A stretch of DNA of 64,000 nt, taken from assembly GCF_009914755.1 (NCBI RefSeq), contig NC_060947.1; one strand, given 5' to 3'. The notes below the pieces were generated by a model, which did no database searches, had not been told where the DNA came from, and saw only the letters and a list, made by a program, of their open reading frames with translations. Positions 19,789 to 35,945 of this stretch are shown here, piece by piece. Every line of letters starts with the position of its first letter. The first letter of the stretch is position 1. Source of the DNA: the human T2T-CHM13v2.0 reference genome, Homo sapiens. The position numbers and the translations under genes were made by a program.

Positions 19789-22700
19789 GGTTCATATTAG
19801 GCATTTATCCACCGCAAAGATATTCTGAATATCCTTTTATATCATTATCTAATATTTTTCAATCACTGATGGGATGGTGGTAAAGAAACTGTAAACAAGC
19901 AAGCAAAAAATATGTAAATAAAGCGACTGAGTAAGGACTTGGTATGGTAAATATTTTAAGTATAATTATTTAGCATATGTGTAAGGTGTATGGTTATTGG
20001 TGTAATCCCCAGTGCCCCAACATCCATTTCAGATTTGGCCAAGTAGGATAATGGACTTGCAAGATCTTCCTGAAGTTAGAGCCAAGGGACACAGAGACAA
20101 ATGGGCAAAAGTATTCCTCCTATTAAAACAGAAGAGTCCAAATGGATATTTAGTAGTCTGAAGTATAGAATATGGGAGGAACTGCCAATGGTTTACCAAA
20201 ACTAAATTTTCTCTTTTTTTTCTGAACACAGAGCTCATCTTTATTTCATAGCCTCCCTTTCAGTGATGTATGACCATGTGACAGTAGAGATGTAAGTGGA
20301 AATATATATTCCATTCCCAGACCTAGGGCATAAGAACTTCCCAGGTGTACTTTTCCACATTATTTCATAGTTCTCATTGATAGGATGGAGGTAAACAGGG
20401 CTCATATATAGAATGAGCCCTTTCCAACTAAGGACTCATGACTTTCTTCACTTTGATCAGATGCTATTTTATTATTGCTGACTTATTCCTCTTTCTGAAA
20501 TTTCTGTTGGATGTATTTTTGAAACATCTAATTATCTCCTCTTACTTTTCTTACTGTTTCTACTATCCTTCTCAATATTTTGTAATTTTAGGATCTTGAA
20601 TTAATCTTCTGTCTCTCTGTAAGATACCTGGTTATCATTCCCTGCTTCTAGAGCAGTGATAGGTTATGGAACAGGGTGGAGTATGAAGGTAATTATTCTT
20701 ATGGGAAGGCGCTGTTCTTTTTAAAAACAACAACAACAAAACACTTGAAATCATAAGGGAGCACATACTTCTGTTTCCTCATTCCCTAGCTCAAGTTGGA
20801 GAATGAGGTCTCAACAAGGAAGAACATGTATTCAATACTCAGCTTCTACTACACTATGCCAAATAATCACCTTACTGTTTTATGCAAGGCTTTCTACTCT
20901 TCCCTGTCAATCCTCTCTAATCAAGGAACATCCTTGGATTAATTTCCACCCTTTGTAGCAGTCTTCCTTGCACATATGATGCAGTTTGTCTTATGTATTT
21001 CAGTATTCCTTTACTGACTCTGTTTCACCAGTCATTCCACATATTTTCCAGGAGAAATGTCGTTTTCTTTTGTAATTTTATACATATTTTCTTATTCATA
21101 GCATTTTATTAGTAACCTTTAGACCCATATTATAAAACTTCAATAGTTTGCTGTACCATCTTTGCAAGTCTTTTCTTCTATTAAATAGACTAATTCGCAC
21201 GAGAGGCAGAAGACTTTTTATCTTTTATGCCATAACCATTCACATTCCTTTCTCCTTTTGGGATTTTTAGAAGTTTCATATTAGCAACGTTACCACATTA
21301 AATTGTGAAATTTTGCATAAGTCTTAACACTGCCCTCCCCAGGTGCATATTAGGATACTTTGAAATTCCATTATCCTTTCATCAAAACACACTGAGATAT
21401 GCAAATGATTTTTGAGCACTTGATTTATTATTTTTAAAATTTTACAGAAAACATATTTATAACTGTTTTCCTATTCCGGTCATTTTTAAAAAGAGGAAGA
21501 ACATATTTACAAATCTAAGGGATGTGATGGTCATGGCCAATAAAAGATAGGCATAAACTTTCCCTATTACTGTTGAGTGGGGAAGCACGGTGGAAGGTGG
21601 GCAGAGAAAAATGGGTTAACCTTCACTGTGCAAATCATCTGGCTTCAGTGTGCTCAAGAACAAATTAGATTTAGGCTGGGCATCCCAGGCTGAGGAAGTT
21701 CTAGGGGATTTTGATCTCCTAGATTAAATAGCCAAAATGAAAGAGTGAGGTGCTGAGCTTCTGGCAATTCACCCTGAGGTATCACCTTTATATAAAGACC
21801 CCAATAAGATATTTGAATAGAGAAAAGGCAATGAAAAAGAATTGAAAATCCCAGAGGGTCATACAGTTCAGTAGTTCTAAAACCTGCTGAGTCCTATAGC
21901 TTTGGGAAGGCTACATCCTCTGTTTTTGTGGCTGATAAGACTTCCCCGAAGAATCTCACATCAGGTGGAAGGAAGCTGATTGGTGTTTATAAGTAATGGT
22001 TTTCTGGAATAAATGTCCATACATACTTTCATTACACGGGGCAAAAAGAAAGTCCCCGATCATGCTGCATTGAAAGATTTTCTTACTTGGCTTCTTGGTA
22101 AAAAAAAAAAAAGTGAAGATAGTAAAATGAATCACTTTCAGAGGTCTCGTTCACAAAACACGAATATTTTAAATACCTGAAAAAATGTTTATAAGTTATA
22201 TAAGTACTTAAGTATTTCCTTGAGTGATTTTATGATCAATAAAAATATATAATTTTCAATTCAAATATTCCCTCTGGCTTTAATTATAGGTAGTGGATTT
22301 TCCCATATCGTTAATAAAAACAGGATTTCAGATTTATTAAATTTGACATCTTAAACATTTTCCTAGGAAAATTAGTATGGCATGCCATTCTGATAATGAC
22401 TGTACAGAATATAGGAAGCAATTTGTCCCTGACCTTAATTATCAAACTAGGTCACAAACAAACCACTTTGCAGTAGGTATAGAGAAAAATACAGGATGTA
22501 GCTAAGGGCTTTCATCAAAATAAAAAGTTTCATAAAAACTTTTAATTGTGGAAAACAGAGATCTGCTATGTTTTAAGGAAAGAGAGTGCTCTTCCCCCAT
22601 CCTGCTTCATTCACTGCCTGGCTGGTGCATAAGAATGATAGCTAAGCAAGATCTTAACTTTAATACCAAGTTCTGCTCCAAATAGGCTTCTGCAGAATTA

Positions 22701-24679
22701 TTTTAGGATAAATACACAGAAATAGCATTGCTGGGCTAAATGATATATAAAAGATTAAGGGTTTTTTTTTTCCTGTATAAGATGTCCTCATATGCATTTG
22801 TTTCAGTTTTAACTCCCATCGACAACTTAAGGCATGCTGGTTTCCTCACACAGTATATACTACATAAACATGAAAATCCTATTTTGAAATTTTCTTATGA
22901 TACTCTCTTTAGCCTTTTGTTTCTGTCTGTATGTTTATAATAGCCAAAATATATTGTTTCATTGGATTTAAAACAGTGAAAAGAATCCATATCGCAAAGT
23001 GGGAAAAATGAGTATTGGTCGTCTTTTAGTCATCCCCATATATCCTCTTTTGGGCTTATTAATGGGGGAGGGAAGAGAGAGAAAGAGAGAGAGAGAGAAT
23101 CGTTCTAAAAAGAACTTCATCCTGGTATCTTGGATAGCCAAACGATATTTCCCCCCAGGGCTATAATGCTAATGTGCAAATGGTACCTTTGATTTTCTAA
23201 ACAAAGTTGTTTACTGACTTAGCACACCAGTCTGTTCTTATGTACAAAATTGTAGTTCTTAAAATCCATGGTCTCACATATATTTAGCTACTAGACATGG
23301 ACAACCAAATGTTGAAACTGCATTCTTTCAGTAGAAGAGGATTCACATGACAGGATATTCTCAGAAATAGTCATCAGATAACATCCCTGGTTTTTCTCTA
23401 TAAAGACTCTTCCAGGTGGCACTATTACCCATAGGTTCAAAATGAAAAAAGCCATCTAAGCTATTTTAGTTAGTGAATGCAATCAGATGTTAGTAAGATA
23501 ATTTTGAAATATCAGGGGATTCACACGATGCAAGTTTATTTTCTCTCATTTCAACAAGTCTATAGATAAGCAGTTCAGGACTGTTATAAAGGCTACGTGA
23601 TGACCTCAATATGCCAAGGAGCTTCTAGTTTTATGCTCAGCCATTCTTATGATGGTGGTGGGAGATGATCTATAAAACTTCGATAAGCTATTTTGTTCCA
23701 GAAAAGAAGAAGAAAGTGAGGGAAGCAAGAAGAGGTGGCATCTATATCAGGAAATCATAATCTTTCCCAGAAATGGTTAGTCAATTTCTTACATCACCCC
23801 GCCAAATGCAAGGGTTCTTTGTAATTTATATACTTGAGCTCCACACTGGGTAACATCTAACCTACGGTTTCTATTAGCAAGGAGAAAGGAAAGAAACAAT
23901 AGATATTGGATGACTTACTGCCACAAAATCTAAGAGTATTTTATAAAGCAAAGAATTCCCAACAATACAAGAATAACTGAAAGATCAAGTAAGATAAAAG
24001 CTGAAAAACATCCACTAATTTTAACAATAACAATAGAAGTTATTACTGATCATGGCAAGGAACGCTTCAATGAGAGAAGCAGCAGAAGTCAAAAGGAGTT
24101 AAATAAGGAGAAGTGAAGACAATAGCTCTTAAATAAAAACAAATTTTTAAAAATAGTAATTTATGGAGTGCACACTGGCTCAAGGAAATTTTGGGGGGAT
24201 GATAAGAGTGTTTCTGGATTGTGATACTGATTGCATGAGTCTATACATTCACTTAAAAGCCCATTGAATTGACATAATTCATAAAATTTTGTGAATAATA
24301 AACATAATTTATATATAAATTATACAATAATAAAGCTAAAAATAATAGCAACCTTTATAAAAATTTGGCTCTAGATAAAATGAGGAAGTTGTGGCATCAG
24401 TTTCTCTCATTTACGTATTCAAATACTTTATTTCATTTGTTTTGGTTTGTTTTGGCAGTTTTTATTGGAAGCTAAGTTATTTTGAAGAAATGAGAATCTT
24501 GTTTCTCTTTATCAGAGAATTTAAAAGGAGAGATATAAAACACGATGCAGTCAAAAATTGTGAAAGCATATGAGGTAAAATTTGAAAAACCTGTCCCTCC
24601 TTGGTCTGTCACAATTACTTCTCCAAAGTCAATACACTTATCAACCTGGTGGCTATCCTTCAAAAGTTCTATGTATATA

Positions 24680-24781
24680 CAAGGGTGGGTCCAGGTTAGG
24701 TGGAATCTAAAACTTATACAATTTTAGGACCTTACTAAAAAATAAGAAATTAAAAAATTATACATTTATAATTAGGTTAGG

Positions 24782-24817
<36 letters not shown>

Positions 24818-25014
24818 ATAAGGAAAGAAATTAAAAAATGGCTGGAGACTTAATTCAGATTCATTTCATCTGAGGTCTGAAATGCTTGTAGAGAAATGCT
24901 TTTCGTGCAAACTGGTTCCCACACACACTACAATTCAGAGAATTACTAGAAACAGGTGCAAAGGAGAGGCCTTGAAGCTTAAGCTTCATTACTCTTGCGG
25001 CAGATCTGCCACTG
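24680..25014 (-). mobile_element. MER53-like hAT non-autonomous DNA element containing a (TG)n run
   Basis: Ends caagggtgggtccagg and gaagcttaagcttcatta...agatctgccactg; imperfect 8-bp TSD tgtatata/ggtatatg. Confidence 0.6.
24784..24815. repeat. (TG)n microsatellite
   Basis: Pure gt run seen directly. Confidence 0.96.
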
Positions 25015-26034
25015 GGTATATGTAATGTGCATAGCCAGTGTATAGAGTATAGCTGAGCACAAAATACAATTATTTAATTTTTTTCTTTTACCAGTTTATT
25101 TTATATTTAAGATCCCCATTCTCCTGGAGCAGTGGAAACTTGTTCTCAGTCAACTGGGGCTTTATCCTCTTTCCTGGAGGTTTGGTCAAAGTTCCTGGGT
25201 ACTTAAAGTTGCTAAAAAGTTACAACAGACAGTTATTGGTTAGGTTACTGAAGATTCAGGGTGTCTAGGCCCTTTCTGGAGCCATTCTTTTCCCTGCGGA
25301 CTTTCTCCTTTCCCAGTGATTGCCCTTTTCTCAGAGACACTCTAACATGTAGACTCTTGTCTAGCAGGTTACCTTCAAAATAGCTAACACAGATTGTATA
25401 CAACCAACAGATGTGCCTGGTAGGTCAACAGCAGACCAACATCAGTTATTCTATATTTTGAATATCACTCTACTTACTGTCTTCTTCCTACCCTAAAAAT
25501 TGGAACATATTTTTGTGTAAAGAAAATTAAGAAAATGAAGAAACGCTGCTCATTGTGATTTTTCTTCCATTTTGTCAATGTTCAACACATTCTCTATGTA
25601 AGAACTTTATCTTTTATGTGTCTAAATCTAGAAGAGACTTAAAGTCTCTTTTCTGCTTTCTGAGCCCTCTCCTGAAACAATGAATTGAGGCATTTTAATG
25701 GAATGTCTATAGGGAGAGAATGGTGAGGAAAGTAGTAGATACTTATCAGGAAAATAGTTAAAATTTAACAAATAACCCAACAATGTGCTCAACATATAAA
25801 AGATGTCATAATTATAATGCCATGACATTGATTTAATAATAGCTTTTCATGAAATAATTACTATACAAAACACACAATTCATTTTTAAAATTTTATCACT
25901 TGATTATATACATTAATTTATGCAATAATTTGCTGACTTCTTTCTCCACTTCACAAAGCTGAGTTCACATGGAAAACATAAATATTTTACCTAGTCTCTC
26001 TTGACTCCCAGTAGATCATATGTTATATTACTCC

Positions 26035-26503
26035 TTGGATATATATTCACTGAGAACCTACTTTGTGACAAACAATGTTCAATGTAATAGAAGCGAGTGG
26101 TTAAGAAAACAGCCTCTGTCCTAATGAAGCTTAGATTTCATTGGAAGAAGAAAATGACAAAGAAGCATACACATAACATAATGCCAGGTACAGGTAAATG
26201 CTGTAAAACTAAAACAAGGCAGTTGAAGGCTTATGGAATGATGGAGATAGTTAGGGAAGCCCTTTATCAAGAGCTCTGAAAAATTTAAGAGGTTGAACCA
26301 TAAGAAAATCTACAAGAAGGTTCCTGATAGAGGGAACAACAAGTGAAAGAGGGATGGTGATAAAGGTAGTGGTACTGGGAAGAGTGACAGGAGATGAGCT
26401 TGGAAAGGAGTCCAGGAGCCAGAGCATGAGGCCTTGTATAGTGTTGTAGGCCTGGGTATGAGCTTTGGATTTTATTCTCAGTAAGTGTGCTGGGCCATTG
26501 AGA
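26035..26503 (-). mobile_element. L2 fragment
   Basis: ttcactgagaacctactttgtg..., gagtgacaggagatgag and tttggattttattctcagtaagtgtgctgggccattg resemble the L2 3' region. Confidence 0.6.
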
Positions 26504-28529
26504 ATTGTTCTTTGTTTTTGTTGCTTAGCTTTGTTTCTTTTAATCAGTATGTCATATTTTAGTAAACAGTGCACAGAGTAACTACTTTTAGGACTGACAG
26601 CTTACTTTTAAGGCATACATACTGATGTATAACCAGGTCATATTTGCATCCTAAATTTAAGCAAAACAGAAGGAAATATAAATAAAATATATAATATTAT
26701 TCTTAGGATTAGCAGTTTATATTACATACATTTGGCCACAAACATGTTTTTAGCTTGCACTGTCCCATGATCTATATATCAATCAAGCAAACAGGCAATT
26801 TTTCCTGACTTTCATCTCATTCTTGACAAGTCATGTCCTGTAAAAAATGTAATAAAAAACTTTTTTAAAACATATTTTAAAAAATCACTTTTTGAGTTAG
26901 TGAAGTCAGTGTTGGTGTCATACAGAAATGTTTGTGAATATGTTTCAAATGGAAATTGCAAATCCAACTGTGTAAGGGTTTCCAAGTTACATAACTCAAG
27001 TGGAGTGATAACCAAAATACTAGATAACACTTCTTTTCATGGCTGAGTTGTGTTCAAAAAATGATAACTTATGTCACAACTTATTCCTCTAACAGGTCAA
27101 TGGAAATTACTTTTACATCACCTATAAAAATTATCCCAGTAAACCTCTTGTGCTGTATTCTGAATAAATCATCAGAACTATGGGATGTTTAAAGATATTT
27201 ATCCTATCTCAATAAAAGAAAAATTGGCAAAAATCTAAATATCCAACAATAAGGCAATAATTAATGTATTGTACTTTTTATCATGAAATAGTACCACAAT
27301 AATGGATGTTCAATAATATTCAATATTCTTAATTATAGAATGAAAGAATGAAATATTCTCTAGCTGTAGTATTTTTTTCCCGTTGTGGTACACCAAGATG
27401 CCATGTTTGATTCTTCAGGAAGTTCATCTTTTAATTTGACAAGTCCAATGTTTGCCTTTGCCAGTGTTATCATTATTAATCTTAATTTAAGGAGTACAAA
27501 CACCATTCACTGATTTACTTTACTTTGAGTCCTTTGAGATAGATCTTGGGTTATTTTTATCTACATGTATTTCATTTCATTTTAAAAGTTAGAAAGCTGA
27601 GTAAGCAATGACAAGACTTCCTATACCTCTTAAAGGAAAATATATTATTAGTCCTGTCCTTCCTTCTACATTCATTTATATATGTAACCAAAGAGCATGT
27701 CAAGGCCACATATTTTTTGAGTCTACTTCCTTCTGTTTAAACGATAGAATTTTTCTTTCAAGAGCTCATTATTGGATCTTCCCTAATTTTTAGATGTTTT
27801 TTCGGGTGTACAGTCAGCCTTATACTGAAGATGTGAGTGCCATACCAGTCTGGAAGTACTGTTTTACTTCTATCAATTCATTTGAATTTTATTATATTTT
27901 CCTCTCCCCATATTTAAATTAAAAGGAATAACCAAACATTCATTTCTGAAGCTTAACCATTGATAAAGTTATAATTTAGTAACTTATAATTATAATTATA
28001 AATTTATTTGTTGCAAAAATGAAAGTTACATACTTTCTTAATGGTTTACATGTTATTGGTAGTAAAATATATGACTAAGAAAACAAATTATAATTTTTCT
28101 TTCTCTGAAATTAATAATAAATTGAAAATTCAAGATTTGTATAAACTATAAATATGCTGTTGCTAAATTTGCCTACTTCAATGTCATACTTCCTGGAATT
28201 AAACCTTGGAATGGTAAAATCAATAGACTAAAGGATTATAATATTTAGTAGTCATTACTCATGGGAAGTGTACTAAGAAATAAAACAGAGCAATTAGACA
28301 AATCAGCATGATTACTTTACTTCTGTTTCATGGGTTGGCAAGTGCTTTAGAGAAAGAAGGACCAGGAAAGCAGATGTAAGATCTCAGCTCTGTAGATATC
28401 TGTACCATAAACATATTCTTGGTCAGCTATAATTAGGCATCTGCACCAAAGAGAAGCCAAAGAGATTCTTTGTGGCAGATTATCTTCTATGTAATGCATA
28501 ATTTGTTTTTTTCAGCAAGTACCTAAGTG

Positions 28530-28780
28530 ACCATGAGAGGTAGCATGTTCTATAATGGTTAACAGCACAGCCTCCGGAGCCAGTCTTCTTTAGTTCAAAT
28601 CCTGGATCTGCCTGTTTGACCTCTGCCTGTTTCCCATCTGTAAAGTGGGAATGACAATAATAATATTCACCTCATATACCTCATAGGTTTTGTCAATATT
28701 AAATGAGTTAATAATGTGTGTGAAGCACTGAGAATTATAGCTGGCAATTATAAGATGTTCATTAAATATCTGCTATTATG
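28530..28780 (+). mobile_element. MIR SINE
   Basis: gttcaaatcctggatctgcc, tttcccatctgtaaagtgggaatgacaataata and attaaatgagttaata match the MIR core. Confidence 0.82.
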
Positions 28781-29994
28781 ATTATGATCCCTCTTTTTTT
28801 ACCCATTCGTTTTTCTTCTTTTGCTACAGGAGCATTACTTAGGGCTCACAGCGTGCTGGTGAACATTTCAGAAAACAAACAAACAAAGTAATAGAAAGGA
28901 AAGCACAACTAAAACAATATCTATAATTGGGCTTTAGAAGATTTTATTGACATTTGTAAGATTTTCTCACCATCTAATTCCAAAAGTATTTAGACAGAAG
29001 GCTGGCTTTTGTTTTGTTTGAAAACATTCATTTTGGTGGTTTTGTGTAAATCTGATCAAAAAAGATGGAAGAATATAGATTTGGTTAAACTACAGAAAGG
29101 CTAAAATGCTTACGTCTCCTTTTCCATCCATCATCCAAAAGTAAATTGTTATCATGATACCCCCTTTATTAAATGCCTTTGAATTTTCTCCAATCTCCTT
29201 ACATATTCTAGATTCAAAGTACCAGAGATTAGTTTAATAAAGGCTGAACTACAACTGATAATTTTATTTTATGTCTCTAAGGGTTCTTGGGACCATAAAT
29301 GTGAATCTTTTTTTATTTTTTTCTATTAGTATGCCAAATCAATGTAGCTTATTTGTTTAGTGAACTTTACTAAAAAAATTATTTCTAAAAATGGTATAAT
29401 GGTACTTTTATCTGACAGGATGGAAAAGGAACATCTGTCACATCAACTAGTTTTTTAAACTCCATATTTTATGCATCCCCATGGAGTTTATATTCATGTG
29501 TCTGAAGTTTCCTGAAGTTTTATATGTATATTGAAGAATAGCTTATTAAAATTTAGTAAAACTAGATCCCATTGTAACAACTTCAGCTGTATTTTTTTTC
29601 ATGTGTGCTAATGGTTATTGTTTACTAGAATTATAAAATTAATACAAAATCATGGTGAAATTTTAGAATATCACAGTCACTATTTGGAAAAAATGAACCT
29701 AAAGTAAAAATACCTTACACAGAAAGCAACACACTGGTAATAAACTTATTTCTAGATTATCAATTTAACCATCAGCCTATCTATCTACCCACATATCTAT
29801 CTCACGATCTTGGGTTCATAGCTAACATTCCTGCTTTTTTAAAATTTGACATAATTTCATAAAGATTTCTGTGCCATTCTTCATTTTTAGAAAAGTTGAT
29901 TATAAAGGTTCTATGATAATTATTCAACTATATTTTATTGGTATGCCAATCTTGTAAGCCTTTTCATATTTCCTTGACTATTTTAATTTTTCAC

Positions 29995-30455
29995 TTTTTT
30001 GGCTGGTGGCCAAGCCATTCCAGATCATGTCATCCCTGTTTGGACTCGGATGGAACAGTACAGTTTGTTGTTAAGGGCAGAATCTGGCTTCCAGAGTGAC
30101 CACCAAATCGGTATTGGGGGATTAGCTATCCCAAGATAGCCTTTGGCCAATAGAAAATAAGAAACAATAGAGAGAAGGGCCGACAAGTACCCCTGTTTTC
30201 TCTCTCCTGTGGACTACTCTCAGGACTGGCTACCCTTCCAGAGAAGTCTCAGATGCTAAGTGAATATGCTTCCTGAGTGATCTGTTCTGTCACAGTGAAC
30301 TCTCTTAGTGGCTTGTCTGAAGCAGTAGCAAATATAGCGATACATTGTTTGACACTGCTTTGGATCTTAACTCATTTCCCTCTTGTCCTCATCATCACAG
30401 CACTGAGCTGGCACATCCTAATTGAAATGCAAGCAACTTAGTCCTTGCTTCAGAT
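29995..30455 (+). mobile_element. Probable old ERVL-class LTR (LTR16-like)
   Basis: GC-richer block ending gcaacttagtccttgcttcagattt; weak family resemblance only. Confidence 0.35.
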
Positions 30456-33400
30456 TTTTTTTTTTTTTTTTTTTAGAAAATAGTGTTTTTCTTAATGTAT
30501 TTATACATTTCTTTTTCACTACTTGGAGAAGTTTATTTTGCCATTGTTTTGCTATTATATAAAGCATAATATAATGGCCATTTTGCACATGTCTTTGACT
30601 GTATTTCTTTGTATTTCACAGGACTGATGATAAATGCTTGCTATACTGATGAGCAATAGCCCTATTAATGCTATTAAACATTTATTGCAAATGGGTTTTC
30701 AGAAAGGTTATGATTATACATACCCCTACAAGAAATGAAAAAAATGCTCATTTCCAAAAATGTGTTTATAACTTTAACATTTGCTAATCTGATTATCCTA
30801 GATGGTATTTTAAAACTATGTGGGCACTACCGAGACTTAATTTTTTTATATATTTACTGACCATCCATATTCTTTTACAAATGTAAACTCATAAATTATT
30901 TATATGAAAGTCAGTTTCCATTGCTTTATAAAGTGTTCCTTAATGACAGCATCCTTTAGTAACTTTGATCAAATATATTTTACTTAATTTGCTCTCTATT
31001 TTAGTATTTGCTGTATATTTTTGTTTGTGGTATTTAAAAAAAATGAAATTTGACAATATATACCTTCTGTCACCTAACATTGTCTTCATGCACAGAAAAT
31101 TTGTATTTGTCCATCATACTTCAATGAAGCTGAAAAAACAACTAAACAAACAAAAAAGAAGGTTCTACTTTATTTGAATATTTTAAGAAATACCTACAGG
31201 AGTGTTTCCTATCTCCACAGCTGTTCTTTTATTTTATTTTATTTTTCCATAAGTTATTGGGGTATTGGGGGGATGCCTTCTCTCCTATGTATGGCCTACA
31301 CATTCTGACTTTGTTTTAGATTGAATAAAATTTATAAATCATTATTTTCATTAAAAAAGGGTAATCACAAGATAAGAATTACAGATGACCAAAATCTTTA
31401 AATAATTTTCATCTGCCCTTATAATTATGCTAATGCATGATAAAGCAAAATATACCACAGAAAAATAAAAATATTTCCGCACATAAAAATATAAATATGC
31501 ACATATGATTCATGAGAAATGGCTCTGTATTTATTACTTTTCTAAATAGTCTAGCAATGTTTACTTAACAAATACTTCCTTTCCTTACAGAAATTTTAGA
31601 TTTTATATCAGGCCCTTTTCCTTTTTTTTTTTTTTTAACAGTTTCTTTTTTCATCCTCAGACTGGTAACACTTTCAATTAAAATAATTTGTTGATACATT
31701 ATTAGAAAGTTCAAACCTTATGAAATGATGTTTCATTATGAAGATAATGCATGTAAATTTTAAGAAAAATAAAATATTATAGAAGAAACTAAAGCAAAAA
31801 AGTCACAGCCTCTTCTTTCCTGCATCACTCACATTCTCACACACACAATTTAGAGTCACTCACAGATATGGTTTTTGAGTTTAATTCTTATGATAATTAT
31901 ATCTTTGTAAATAGTTTTACTTGCCAAAGATAAAACAGTTTTTATTGTCTCTTCTTTGGGTAAAGAGAGGAATGTATTGCATTTATTCTTTTCAGTTTTT
32001 CTGACGATTGGTTTGTAAAATTTAAACAATGTACTTAAACTTGCATTTCTTGATCTCACTTCTAGAACATAACTCTGCTATTCAAAGAAGAAATCAGAAT
32101 TAACATGCTTCTGTATACCATCCTTTCCCATACTTTCCGTTTCTGTTCATCATATATGTATGGTGTGACATTTGTAATATTTATACTCTTTTCTCTATCT
32201 GCAATTTTTAAAGATTTCCTCTATATGCTGACATTAAACCGTGAAAAGCAACAAACAGCACTTTCTATTCAATTAGCCAAATCATGTCTGTCATAGAATT
32301 AAGTAGTACAATTCACTAGACCTTGAATCATTATTTCCTGCTGAAAGTGAAAAAATACTCTAAACATATAATAGATTTTCTTTGAAGTGAACTTCAGCAT
32401 TTTTTAGTTTTTAGACCATACTATGATACCAATTATTCTTATAATACATGTCGCCACCTTTTTTGTTGTGTTGGAATATGTTTTGGGCAACTTTTCATAG
32501 GCATTAGGTTTCTCTGCTCTTAAGTGTCTGAAAGCATATTTATTTGACACTCTTGACTTATTAATGATATAACTGAGTATATACTTGTAGTTTTAAAATG
32601 TTATTTTTCATAGAAATACAAAGCTATTGTATCATTTTCTTTGAAGAGTTTGTATTTTTATGAGAATGCTAGTTACCTCCCTGAAATTTTCCTTTCTTTG
32701 TAAACAAACTTTTTTTCCCTCTATGAAATGTTTTGGATTTTTATTTTGACCTTGGTGATGAAATTTGCTAAGCGTGGACTTATTTTATTTATCCTGATAG
32801 GCAGTAAATGAATCCTTTAAATCTGAAAGTTTACATGTTTCTATAGTTCAGAGACATTTTTAGTTCATTAGTTCCTCTTCCTTCTGGAATTACCTGAATC
32901 TGTACACCAGTCTCATATTTTGCCTTGATCTTGTATTGATTATTCTGGGATATTGTCTAGATCTGCAATTCAGCCATAACTTACATACATTTGTAATTTA
33001 GTCAGTTTATTGAATTTTACATTTCAAAAAACGTATTCTAATTGTTGTATCTTCTTCTGTTTGCATGGACAATCACTCTTGTTTCATGGAAACAATATTC
33101 GTCATAATTTTCTCTCATGATCTCATTCGGGTTTAATTTATTTTCTCCTTGAATTATTTTTCTTCTGAATGTTTTCATCTGTTAATTATATTATTCTGTT
33201 TGTTCTTTTTTGTCCCCCTTCTTCACACTCGGTGTTTTCCTCAAATGTCTTATCCTATGTGTTGGTCTATTAATATTTACAAATGAAGTACAGCATAGCA
33301 TGCTGGATTCCACAATGGTCATGGGTGTGTTTCTCCAACAAGACTTTTCTGTAATTAAGCCTGACCACAGATTCTACGTAAGTAAACAAGTTACACTCTG

Positions 33401-34420
33401 GGACAGGTATTGACCTTTGTGTGAATGGTGAGAAGGCAAGAAGGTAGGCTCAAAGTCTTAATAATTGCCAAACCAAAGAGTTTTACTTTGGAAAGAAACA
33501 TATCCAATATATTTCTCTTTATTTTTGTTCAACATTGTTTGCTTTTTAATCTCTTGAGGATTGTCCCAACTCAAGCTTGGCTTCCTTCTCAAGCTACAAT
33601 CCCCTTACTACCCGCCCTAGAACAGACTATTTTATCCAGAGGAATTTCTTGGGCTTTATTTTGAGTACAAAATTCACTACAACCAGCTGTTCTGTTGATG
33701 AGCGGGAGACACGGGGGCACAAACATCCAGTTATTCTCAATAAAATTTCTTACAACAATTATCTTGAAGATTGACCTACTGCTTAGTCTGGCTTTGATAT
33801 TTGTGCACTCTCAGCTTTGTTTTCCCCAGGGTTTCCTTGAGAAAATCTGCTAACCTCCGGTATTTGCTTCACTTTTGGCACTTCTAAATTTCCTTTCAAT
33901 CCGAACCCATCAACTTTCTATCTACCAATAACTCTCTTATTTACATATATAAAATGTTCTTAATTGACAATTTTATTATGTTCTTTTGTTTGCATATGCA
34001 CACACACGCACCAATATGCTGTCTGCAATTTTAAGTGGATATGGGAAGCCAGGGGTGATAGTCACAGTTGCTCAGCCTGTCATGTGGAATTGAAAATAGA
34101 TATTACATTTTAAAATTTCATACTTCTCCTTCTCAAAATATTTTTGGCTTCAATCATTAACTTATTTTCTAAATACGAGTTGGCATCATTTTCAATACTA
34201 TCCCTCCAAAATATCCCAGTGAGAATGTGAATAAACTTGTAATAAACCAACCCATTAACTTAAGAGGAAATCTGATATTTAAAATAAGATTTCTAATCCA
34301 AAAACCTGACATAAGTCTCTATTTACTTAACATTTTAGGTCTCATCTAAAGTTATGTAAAATTTTCCATGAAATTTATATTCTTTTTTTATGACTATTCC
34401 AACGTATTATAGGTAGTTAG

Positions 34421-34789
<369 letters not shown>

Positions 34790-35399
34790 TAATTGTGATA
34801 ATACATAAAAGTTTTATTAGCAACTGTTATTTATTTTTTGTTCTCAGTAATCAAATGCGCTTTAAGTTGAAATATTTTTTCATATAAGCTTCTGAGTTTT
34901 TATGTAGATAACATTATTTGGAAATAATGGTAATTTTCTTCACTACCTTCACATAACTATATCTCATTTTGTTTTGCCACACTGTTCCATAGGCCAGGAC
35001 TAGCAGAGCAATACCAAGAAATACAGTAGCAATATCAGCATTGTCTAATTTCAGAATTAAATGTAAATTCAGTGCTTCACAATGTAGCTGTTACAAAGGT
35101 ATTCTTTATCACATATAAGCAAGAATCCTTATATTTATATTTATTAATTTTTCAGAAGAGGTTAACATTTCTTTTTATCAAGTGCCTTTTGGTACACTGT
35201 TTAAATTTTTTATTTAAAAATCTTTTCCTACTACCTCAAAGCCATGCAATTATTTAAAGTTTGTCATTTTTTAGTCTGATTTCTTCCAATCTTCTCTAAA
35301 TTTGAGATTATGTTATGTTATAAATAACGTTATATAAATAATATTATATAATGCTATTTTTTTCTTTTCTACTGACTATTTTGAATATACTGTTCTGTT

Positions 35400-35945
35400 T
35401 GTCGGCCAACATGCACTTAGAGCCATGTCCTTCTTTCCTCCTGCTCTACTGTGTGTATTGGGTGACCGAGCCCCACAAGTACATATCCCTTACTGATTAG
35501 TTTACCAATTACTTACCAATTAGCTTCTGACTGAATTCTGCCACTGAAAGCTACTGGCAGGATATTTGAGGATGAATGGGGAGGAGAATCTAAGGTATTT
35601 CTCCCACCTCTCACTGCTTCAGATGGCCTTCTTGGCTATGGCTGCTTCTCCCATGTGGTTCTAGCTTCCAGAGGCCCTCCCCCTTCTTAAGTTCTGGCTC
35701 CTACCAGAAGGCCCTTACTTCTGTTCGCTACCTGGTAACATCACCTGGTAACAGCACCTCACATCTTTGCCTCTCTAGCACTAGGGCCTGTTTCCTTCAG
35801 TGCTGACAGCCAGATTGCCTCATGGTCCTCTTTTTGCCCTTTCAGTTCTTCTAACACTTTTTGACATTAATATTCCCAATTTAAATTCCCTCTATTGAAC
35901 TCCATAGCTTAAATTACCTTTATGCCTGGCCCCTGACTGATACAT
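35400..35945 (+). mobile_element. LTR33-like ERVL LTR
   Basis: tgtcggcc...ttaaattccctctattgaa...ccctgactgataca termini. Confidence 0.6.

Noticed and set aside
31225-31265. Possible tiny L1 3'-end insertion (ttccataagttattggggta)
   Set aside because: The match is only ~20 nt beyond the T-tract and no TSD was found, so it is too short to support.
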